Below, piece after piece: positions 7,056 to 13,279 of a DNA stretch of 13,279 bases. Source of the stretch: Hadesarchaea archaeon (GTDB taxonomy: Archaea > Hadarchaeota > Hadarchaeia > Hadarchaeales > Hadarchaeaceae); contig JAUXAS010000019.1 in assembly GCA_030619825.1 (NCBI GenBank), positions 1 through 13,279 of the forward strand, read 5' to 3'. The position numbers were made by a program, and so were the translations under genes. Under the pieces are notes generated by a model. It ran no database searches. It worked only from the letters and a program-made list of their open reading frames with translations, and had not been told where the DNA came from. Positions within the stretch are counted from its first letter, which is position 1. The number at the start of each line of letters is the position of its first letter.

Positions 7056-7281
7056 TTTTCACCCCCCCACATTTTGCTAGCATATCTACATGCTCCATCG
7101 CTATTAAATATCTGCTATTTTCCCGATCTATTTTGGTAATTTTTAATCGATCAATCGTCATTTTTCAGCAATTCATTCCACATTTTTAGATCCAATTTTT
7201 AGAAAACTTTTTGGTCTATATCGGTTTAGTAGAACTTTGTATTAACACATGAGTACAAATCGAAAAATTAGAGGCTGGGGG

Positions 7282-8592
7282 ATGGCGAGGAATAAGAAAG
7301 TAAAGAGAAAGAAAAAGATAAGCAGGCGATTTAAAGTCGCATTAGTTAGCGTGGCGATTACAATAGGAATTGTGGTGCTATTTTTAGTGATAGATTTGGA
7401 TGGAGACGGGCTAAGTAACCTAGCGGAGCTTCAGCATAACACGGCGATGTTTGACTCAGACACAGACGGCGATGGGCTGAATGACGGGCCGGAAGTGAAT
7501 GTTCACAGAACAAATCCCTTGCTCGTTGATACTGATGAAGATGGTTTGAGCGATGAGTTGGAAATAAACATTCATAGGACAGATCCACTGGCTGTAGATA
7601 CAGATGGTGATGGGCTCGACGACGAATCTGAAGTGAACACTTACAAAACCAATCCATTGAACGTGGATATGGACAACGATAATTTGAGTGATTGGTCAGA
7701 AATAATCACTTATGGGAGCAACCCCTTGGATATAGACACGGATGGTGATGGAATTCACGATGGATTGGAGGTAAATGTCTACGAAACAAATCTTCTCGAT
7801 AACGACACCGACAACGATAGATTGCTTGATGGTCAAGAAGTAAATGGGTGGTTCATAACAGTAAATGGTCTAGCTTATCCTGTAACATCGAACGCATTTT
7901 CTAGAGATTCAGATGGGGACAATTTGAGCGATTGGTGCGAGTACACCACTTACCGCTCGGACCCAAAAAGCACGAACACTGACAATGATAGTCTGAGCGA
8001 TCTCTTGGAGATACTTTACGGGACAAATCTTGCCGAGGCATCGAGCGTTGCGCAACCACTCGAGAACGGCCCAGAGTATCCGCATCTGAATTTGGAAATA
8101 GATTACATGGTCGGTCACGCCCCATCATCCGAAGCGATAGGTTATTTCGAATCATATTTTGAGAACGATCTCGGCGTGGAAGTGGAGGTAATTTACGACG
8201 AGATAACTTCGAGCGAGCTAACGGCGGTTGGCGTTTCACTGGATTCGCTCAGCATTCTGGAATTAATTTCGATTGAACAGCACTTTCACGATAACCCCAC
8301 TACTCACCTCTACGTGTTTTACGCGAGGGCACTTGAGGAGAATGAAGCAGGGGGGCTGGCTTCGGGTTCTCACGGGGTAGCTTTGAACGGAGAATACATC
8401 TCAGCAAATATCGCGCGCGAGAGAACTGTTTTGCTTCACGAGGTGGGTCACGCACTTGGCTTGGAGCATTCTGATAACTCTCAATGTGTGATGCAATCGG
8501 GACCGATATTCTTAAACCCAATTTATTGTTACGATACGTGGGCGCAACGCAATCTCTTGGATATTTGGTCGGTGGATGAGCAATGGATTTAA
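7282..8592 (+). CDS. Membrane-anchored extracellular metzincin zinc metalloprotease with Ca-binding DxDxDG (TSP3-like) repeats
   Basis: Basic N-terminus and hydrophobic helix (VALVSVAITIGIVVLFLVI), nine DTDGDGL-type repeats, HEVGHALGLEH (HExxHxxGxxH, nt 8437-8469) and Met-turn CVMQ. Start is ATG 7282 (after GAGGCTGGGGG) or ATG 7249. Confidence 0.85.
   Translation: MARNKKVKRKKKISRRFKVALVSVAITIGIVVLFLVIDLDGDGLSNLAELQHNTAMFDSDTDGDGLNDGPEVNVHRTNPLLVDTDEDGLSDELEINIHRTDPLAVDTDGDGLDDESEVNTYKTNPLNVDMDNDNLSDWSEIITYGSNPLDIDTDGDGIHDGLEVNVYETNLLDNDTDNDRLLDGQEVNGWFITVNGLAYPVTSNAFSRDSDGDNLSDWCEYTTYRSDPKSTNTDNDSLSDLLEILYGTNLAEASSVAQPLENGPEYPHLNLEIDYMVGHAPSSEAIGYFESYFENDLGVEVEVIYDEITSSELTAVGVSLDSLSILELISIEQHFHDNPTTHLYVFYARALEENEAGGLASGSHGVALNGEYISANIARERTVLLHEVGHALGLEHSDNSQCVMQSGPIFLNPIYCYDTWAQRNLLDIWSVDEQWI
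7393..8028 (+). repeat. Nine degenerate tandem intragenic repeats of ~23 aa (~69 nt), consensus DTDxDGLxDxxEvxxyxTNPLxx
   Basis: Visible in the translation: DLDGDGL, DTDGDGL, DTDEDGL, DTDGDGL, DMDNDNL, DTDGDGI, DTDNDRL, DSDGDNL, NTDNDSL. Confidence 0.85.
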
Positions 8593-8609
8593 GGATGAGC
8601 AGAATTATC

Positions 8610-8623
8610 TTAAACTTTTAAAA
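8610..8623 (+). promoter_or_regulatory. BRE/TATA candidate for the endoQ-ferredoxin-GGR operon
   Basis: TTAAACTTTTAAAA about 32 nt upstream of TTG 8655. Confidence 0.45.
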
Positions 8624-8654
8624 CGTTGGGCAGCAACATCGAGTAGGTATCCGT

Positions 8655-9899
8655 TTGCCAGAACTCCAAACCTACCCCGCTGACTTACACATACATTCCA
8701 GATATTCGAGAGCGACTTCAACGAGGATGGTTTTGGACACGATTGCGCAGCAGGCCAAACTCAAGGGACTAGCATTCGTGGGCACGGGCGATGTTTTTCA
8801 CCCGAGATGGTTTGAGAGCATTAAGGCGGAGCTGGCAGAGGTCGCGGAGGGCACCCTCGAGCATCCCCGCTATCACACTCGCTTCATCTTAACGGTCGAG
8901 GTCGAAGACAAACACCGCGTACACCACCTAATTTTTTTGCCCGCTCTCGCCGCCATCGAAAGCGTGCGTGAGGAGCTAGCGAAGCATTCAAGTGACATAA
9001 ATGCAGATGGGCGTGCACGAGTTAACTTGGGTGCTCCCGAGATCGTTGACATAACATTAGCACACGATTGCTTGATTGGTCCTGGGCATGCGTTCACCCC
9101 TTGGACGAGCATGTACAAGGAATTCGACAGCATGCAAGCCTGCTACGGTGATCGAGCCAACAAGGTGAGGTTTCTGGAGCTTGGACTTAGCGCGGATACC
9201 TCGCTGGCCGACCGAATTGCTGAGCTCGCGGACGTTACATTTCTATCGTGCTCGGATGCACATAGTCCGTGGCCAGATAAATTGGGGCGCGAGTTTAACC
9301 GCTTCGAGCTGGCGGAGCCAACTTACGCGGAAATCATCAAGGCTATTAAGCGGGAAAACGGCCGGCGCATTTCGCTGAACATCGGCTTCAATCCGCGGCT
9401 TGGCAAGTATCATTTAACCGCTTGTTCACGCTGTTACGAGCAGTTCACGCTCGAGCAGGCGAAGGCGTCGCGGTGGCGTTGCGACAAGTGCGGCGGGTGG
9501 GTCAAGAAAGGTGTCTGGGATCGTGTCAACGAGCTGGCGAATTACTCTGAGCCAAAACATCCACCCCATCGGCCCAACTATCTCAGAATAGCGCCGCTTG
9601 CCGAGGTCATAGCACTGGCTCTCGGCCACAATGACGCCCACGCGCCCGAGGTTCAATCGCTCTGGGAAAAGCTCGTCGGGCGTTTTGGCAATGAAATTGA
9701 GGTGCTCATCGACGTGCCGGCGGAGGAGCTCGCGAATGTGGCAGGGACAAAAGTCGCGGCGGTGGTTAGGGCATTCAGGGAGGGCGCGCTGAGGGTAATT
9801 CCAGGTGGGGGTGGGCGATACGGTCATCTCGAAATCCCGCTCGAGCTGGCCAAAGCTCAAAAGCTCGGGGGGCAACGTACGCTGGTGGAATTTGAATGA
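8655..9899 (+). CDS. endoQ: Endonuclease Q (TIGR00375 family; PHP domain plus Zn ribbon) with C-terminal PIP box
   Basis: ADLHIHSRYS, KLKGL..VGTGD, EVED..RVHH, GPGHAFTPWTS, ELGLSAD, SDAHSP..LGREFN, LGKYHLTACSRC..CDKCGG..KKGV, PGGGGRYG and terminal QRTLVEF. TTG start. Confidence 0.92.
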   Translation: MPELQTYPADLHIHSRYSRATSTRMVLDTIAQQAKLKGLAFVGTGDVFHPRWFESIKAELAEVAEGTLEHPRYHTRFILTVEVEDKHRVHHLIFLPALAAIESVREELAKHSSDINADGRARVNLGAPEIVDITLAHDCLIGPGHAFTPWTSMYKEFDSMQACYGDRANKVRFLELGLSADTSLADRIAELADVTFLSCSDAHSPWPDKLGREFNRFELAEPTYAEIIKAIKRENGRRISLNIGFNPRLGKYHLTACSRCYEQFTLEQAKASRWRCDKCGGWVKKGVWDRVNELANYSEPKHPPHRPNYLRIAPLAEVIALALGHNDAHAPEVQSLWEKLVGRFGNEIEVLIDVPAEELANVAGTKVAAVVRAFREGALRVIPGGGGRYGHLEIPLELAKAQKLGGQRTLVEFE

Positions 9900-10075
9900 G
9901 CGTGAAGGTTAACGCGGGTGCATGCATCCTATGTGGCGCTTGCTCGGGCGTCTGTCCTGTTAACGCGGTCGAGGTTTCAGTCATCGAGGTACATATCTTA
10001 GACGATTGTACGGAATGTGGGCTCTGCGCCAAGGTCTGTCCGATGGGGGCGATAGTGGTTGAGAGAAAAGTATGA
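9896..10075 (+). CDS. 2[4Fe-4S] ferredoxin (not in ORF track)
   Basis: Manual translation MSVKVNAGACILCGACSGVCPVNAVEVSVIEVHILDDCTECGLCAKVCPMGAIVVERKV* (59 aa) with two CxxCxxCxxxCP motifs. ATGA overlap with the endoQ stop. Confidence 0.95.
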   Translation: MSVKVNAGACILCGACSGVCPVNAVEVSVIEVHILDDCTECGLCAKVCPMGAIVVERKV

Positions 10076-11246
10076 TATCGTGGTGGTTGGAGCGGGCCCA
10101 GCTGGCTCGATGGCTGCACGAGCTGCTGCGCGTGAGGGAGCAAGCGTCTTGTTGTTTGATAAGCGCCGCGAGTTGGGCGTACCGGTACAGTGTGGCGAGG
10201 CCCTGAATGAAGATGTTTTGAAAGAGCTAGACATTAGGCTGGACCCCCGATGGGCACTCAGCAAGACAAATGCGGTGAAGCTGGTTTCGCCCTCGGGCAT
10301 CGAGGTGCGCATAGCCGAGCGGAAGGTTGTCGGCAAGATAGGCTACATCCTCGATCGCAAGATTTTCGACAAGCACCTTACAACCCTTGCAGCTAAGGGT
10401 GGGGCGGACATCGTGGTCGGAACACTAGTCGATGGACTGATTTTAGAGGACGGCAAGCCCAAAGGGGTAAGAGCGCGGGGGACGAACGGCAGGCTTGAGG
10501 TAAGAGCTGAGGTCATAATCGCAGCCGATGGCGTAGGCTCTAGGGTGGCTCGCTGGGCGGGACTAAACACCTATCTAAAATTGGATGACATCGAAACGGG
10601 CGTTCAATTTCAGATGGTGGGAATAAATTTCGAATCCCCCTCGATGATGGAATATTATTTTGGGAGCAAGATAGCGCCCGGCGGGTATTGCTGGGTGTTC
10701 CCGAAGGGCGAGGACATGGCGAACGTTGGGCTGGGGATCCTCGGGAGCCGAGCTGAGCGACGGCCGATCGAGTATCTCCGAGATTTCGTCGCACGTATGC
10801 CCAGCCTCTCGAAAGGGAAAATAATCGAGATAAACGCCGGAGGGGTGCCAGTCGGTGGGCCCATCAAGCAAACGGTGAAGGACAACTTGCTTGTGGTTGG
10901 AGATGCGGCTCGACAGGTGAACGCCTTGACAGGGGGCGGCATCGACTCAGCCATGCGGGCGGGGAATATCGCTGGAGAAGTCGCGGCAAAAGCAGTGGCG
11001 GAGGGTGATACTTCAGAGAAACGGTTGAGCGAATATGAGAAACGGTGGCGCGAGCTCATGGGGAAGCGGCTCGAGCGCTACTTGAAGGCGAAGAACGTGC
11101 TCGTGAGCTTGACGGACGACGATTTGGATCGACTCGCGAAGGCCCTGAGCGAGGTCAAGTTCGATAAAATAAGCCTGACCGACATGCTGAGGGTGCTGAT
11201 AAAGGCGCACCCGAAATTGTTTTGGAAGTTGAAGGGGTTGATGTAA
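10059..11246 (+). CDS. Digeranylgeranylglycerophospholipid reductase (archaeal geranylgeranyl reductase, FAD-dependent)
   Basis: YDIVVVGAGPAG, PVQCGE, IIAADG, APGGYCWVFPKG (PxxYxWxFP) and VGDAARQVNALTGGGI. TTG start overlapping the ferredoxin 3' end. Confidence 0.93.
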   Translation: MREKYDIVVVGAGPAGSMAARAAAREGASVLLFDKRRELGVPVQCGEALNEDVLKELDIRLDPRWALSKTNAVKLVSPSGIEVRIAERKVVGKIGYILDRKIFDKHLTTLAAKGGADIVVGTLVDGLILEDGKPKGVRARGTNGRLEVRAEVIIAADGVGSRVARWAGLNTYLKLDDIETGVQFQMVGINFESPSMMEYYFGSKIAPGGYCWVFPKGEDMANVGLGILGSRAERRPIEYLRDFVARMPSLSKGKIIEINAGGVPVGGPIKQTVKDNLLVVGDAARQVNALTGGGIDSAMRAGNIAGEVAAKAVAEGDTSEKRLSEYEKRWRELMGKRLERYLKAKNVLVSLTDDDLDRLAKALSEVKFDKISLTDMLRVLIKAHPKLFWKLKGLM

Positions 11247-11247
11247 C

Positions 11248-12567
11248 CTAGGGTGTTAGCCTCTTTCTATCTCGTGGAAACAACACGCACTCCCTGATGT
11301 TTTCGATTGCGGTAAGGGCCATCGTTAGACGATCCAGCCCCAGCCCCCACCCCGCGTGCGGAGGAAGCCCAGCTCTGTGGCTCTGAAGGTGCGATTCGAA
11401 GTTCCGCGGGTTCAACCCTTTTTGCTTGAGCTGTTTAACGAGGAGTGCCTCTTGATGAACACGTGTTCCACCCGAAGCCAATTCTATCCCTTTATGCATC
11501 AAGTCGAATGCCTGTGCAAGCTTCGGGTTGTCCTCCTTTGGCATAGTGTAGAAGGGCTTTATTTTCAGCGGCCAATCCACCACAAAATAAGCCCCACCGA
11601 TGAGTTCACCGAGTTTTTTTCCGGCTGGGGTCGGCAGGTCCTCCCCCCACGGGACTTTCACTCCTCCTCGCTCTAATTTTTCGAGGGCCTCGTCGTAGGT
11701 TACGCGCTGGAGTGGCTTCTTTGGGACTTCCAGCTTGTGGTTGAGGGTCTTCAGTTCCTCGGCACATTTTCGTTTGACGTCCGAGAATACTTCAACGATC
11801 AAATCTTCTAGAATTTTCATCACATCCTCAGCAGCCGCATATGCAACCTCGATATCGATCGAAATTGCTTCGTTCAAGTGACGGGGGGTGTCGTGCTCCT
11901 CAGCACGGAAGATCGGCCCAATCTCGAAGACACGATCGAAGCACCCCGTGAGCACCTCCTTGTAGAGCTGGGGGCTCTGGCTGAGGAAGGCCTCACGTTC
12001 GAAATATGAGATGGGAAAAAGCGCGGCACCGCTCTCCGTCGCGGTAGCCACGATTTTTGGCGTGTTGACCTCAATGAACCCCCTTGACACGAGGTGATTC
12101 CGCGCGCTCTGGAGGACTTGGTGGCGGATCTTGAAAATAGCGAGCGACTCGGGGCGGCGGAGGTCCAGGGCGCGAGCATCCAAGCGGGTATCTAGATTAG
12201 CTTTCACCCGCCCTCTCGGATCGAGCGGTAGGGGAACGGAGGCGAGGTTTAAAACCCTGATTTCAGAAGGGAAAATTTCAACGCCTCGCGGTGCCTGCTT
12301 TGCGGCGACCACTTTGCCCCGTACCGCAACCGCCGACTCTTGGGTCAGGCCGTCTATCTTGGCGAGCAGCTTTTTGCCGACTTTGGCCTTTGGTGCCGTG
12401 ACTTGGATGGAGCCGGAGATGTCAGAGAGGATGAAAAATTTGATTCCCCCAAGGTCGCGGACATCTCCAACCCTCCCCATCGCCACGATTTCCTTACCGG
12501 CCAGTTGGGCGGTGACCTCGGTGGAGAGGTGAGTTCGTCGTAGGTTTCCTAATTCATCGAGCTTCAT
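11248..12567 (-). CDS. aspS: Aspartyl-tRNA synthetase, archaeal type, probably non-discriminating
   Basis: [30 protein letters not shown], motif 2 [21 protein letters not shown] and motif 3 [12 protein letters not shown]. Start placed at ATG 12567 (MKLDELG) to avoid overlap with the upstream gene. Confidence 0.96.
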   Translation of the reverse strand: MKLDELGNLRRTHLSTEVTAQLAGKEIVAMGRVGDVRDLGGIKFFILSDISGSIQVTAPKAKVGKKLLAKIDGLTQESAVAVRGKVVAAKQAPRGVEIFPSEIRVLNLASVPLPLDPRGRVKANLDTRLDARALDLRRPESLAIFKIRHQVLQSARNHLVSRGFIEVNTPKIVATATESGAALFPISYFEREAFLSQSPQLYKEVLTGCFDRVFEIGPIFRAEEHDTPRHLNEAISIDIEVAYAAAEDVMKILEDLIVEVFSDVKRKCAEELKTLNHKLEVPKKPLQRVTYDEALEKLERGGVKVPWGEDLPTPAGKKLGELIGGAYFVVDWPLKIKPFYTMPKEDNPKLAQAFDLMHKGIELASGGTRVHQEALLVKQLKQKGLNPRNFESHLQSHRAGLPPHAGWGLGLDRLTMALTAIENIRECVLFPRDRKRLTP

Positions 12568-12574
12568 AGCAACC

Positions 12575-13078
12575 CTACTCGAATACAACTGTGATGTTCT
12601 TATTAGTTAGTTTCGTTAAGAGGGCTTGAATCCCTTTGACGTTAGCAGGAAGGCGTTTCAAGTGCGGGCGCGGTACCCGTACACGATGTTCTTCCTTTCC
12701 CTCCGAGTAGAGCACGTTGACGCCCAGAACCTTCGCAGGGGTGAGGATATCTTGGGCCAGTTTGCGGGTTTGGGCACCTTCCTCAATCAAGCGGATTTTC
12801 GTCTGGAGCTGATTTTCGAGCTCCCGAACAACTTTGCCACCCACCCCAACGGCGAAACGTATCTCCCCCTTCCCAACCATCAGGACGATCAAACCGCTCG
12901 TGCTAATCGCATGTTTGAAGTTTATTTTTTCCAACCCTCGACGTTTTTGCGCTATCTCAAATAAAGTTCTAGAAATTTTAATATCCAGTTCGGAGATTCT
13001 ACCTTCTTTTAGCTTGTTTTCACATCCTTGGCAGAGGATACCGCTCCTGAGGCACACGTTGCAGATAGGTGTTCGCAA
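12575..13078 (-). CDS. NusA-like KH-domain protein with N-terminal Cys motif
   Basis: TPICNVCLRSGILCQGC, KH-like loop VGVGGKVVRELE and PAKVLGVNVLY. Commonly found upstream of aspS in Euryarchaeota. Start is a TTG at 13078, 13084 or 13090. Confidence 0.82.
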   Translation of the reverse strand: MRTPICNVCLRSGILCQGCENKLKEGRISELDIKISRTLFEIAQKRRGLEKINFKHAISTSGLIVLMVGKGEIRFAVGVGGKVVRELENQLQTKIRLIEEGAQTRKLAQDILTPAKVLGVNVLYSEGKEEHRVRVPRPHLKRLPANVKGIQALLTKLTNKNITVVFE

Positions 13079-13108
13079 ACCCAAGCCCAATAGCCCTTCG
13101 TTCTGGCG

Positions 13109-13123
13109 GTTTAAGGGCTTTCA
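13109..13123 (-). promoter_or_regulatory. BRE/TATA promoter candidate for the NusA-like/aspS operon
   Basis: Minus strand TGAAAGCCCTTAAAC (GAAA BRE-like plus CTTAAA), about 25-30 nt upstream of the TTG starts. Confidence 0.5.
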
Positions 13124-13139
13124 GACTGGGTAAGAGGGC

Positions 13140-13155
13140 AAAAAAAATAAAAAAA
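13140..13155 (-). terminator. Oligo-T terminator of alba
   Basis: TTTTTTTATTTTTTTT on the minus strand, 14 nt after the alba stop. Confidence 0.7.
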
Positions 13156-13169
13156 GAGCGCTGGAGGGT

Positions 13170-13279
13170 CTACTTACTCCTTCCAAGCACTATTTCGACG
13201 GTCGAAACATTGGCCGCGCCGCGCTCGCCTTGAACCTCTTCAGTCCCAATCAAAATGTTTTTCACTTGGAGCCCCTGCA
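13170..13279 (-). CDS. albA: Chromatin protein Alba, 3' part (truncated by window edge; not in ORF track)
   Basis: Manual translation ..QGLQVKNILIGTEEVQGERGAANVSTVEIVLGRSK*, matching the Alba C-terminal pattern IxIGTEE...NVSxIEIxL. Confidence 0.9.
   Translation of the reverse strand, partial: QGLQVKNILIGTEEVQGERGAANVSTVEIVLGRSK

Noticed and set aside
6970..7189. Track ORFs 6970..7161 (-, 63 aa) and 6977..7189 (+, 70 aa)
   Set aside because: No recognisable domain or SD. They span AT-rich promoter-like DNA, and the strong SD inside points to the 15-aa ORF in another frame.
6914..7281. AT-rich divergent intergenic region with a C7/G7 run and a repeated CCACATTTT, considered as a replication origin
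   Set aside because: No ORB consensus (TCCA-N-T-N-GAAA plus G-string) repeats and no adjacent orc1/cdc6. The G run is better explained as an SD.
7393..8028. About 69-nt periodicity considered as CRISPR or a non-coding tandem array
   Set aside because: Repeats are degenerate at nucleotide level and conserved only as protein Ca-binding motifs in an open frame.
314..13133. Numerous antisense or alternate-frame track ORFs (e.g. 345..971, 4189..4920, 9426..9875, 12131..12532)
   Set aside because: Shadow ORFs of well-identified genes in GC-rich coding DNA with no recognisable motifs.

Overview
Archaeal chromosomal window, mostly housekeeping. Proteins resemble Thermococcales/Methanobacteriales orthologues; a Hadarchaeota-like euryarchaeon is my inference, not established. 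1-6252 (+) is a replication/translation cluster: RPA small subunit, PCNA, PriL, PriS, GINS51, eL44, eS27, aIF2-alpha, Nop10 and a PAC2-family chaperone. 6253-8640 is a partly AT-richer interval with a frameshifted single-OB SSB (-), a candidate 15-aa basic micro-ORF (-) and a membrane-anchored Ca-repeat zinc metalloprotease (+). 8655-11246 (+) encodes endonuclease Q, a 2[4Fe-4S] ferredoxin and a geranylgeranyl reductase. 11248-13279 (-) encodes AspRS, a NusA-like KH protein and the 3' end of Alba. eS27, the ferredoxin and Alba are missing from the supplied ORF track. I found no CRISPR array, tRNA/rRNA, mobile element or defence system. The most notable signals are a probable CTG start codon for aIF2-alpha, the -1 frameshift in ssb, the micro-ORF MAKAKKRTKKRKKRC with its own SD and TATA-like box, and a hairpin that could occlude the priL SD.
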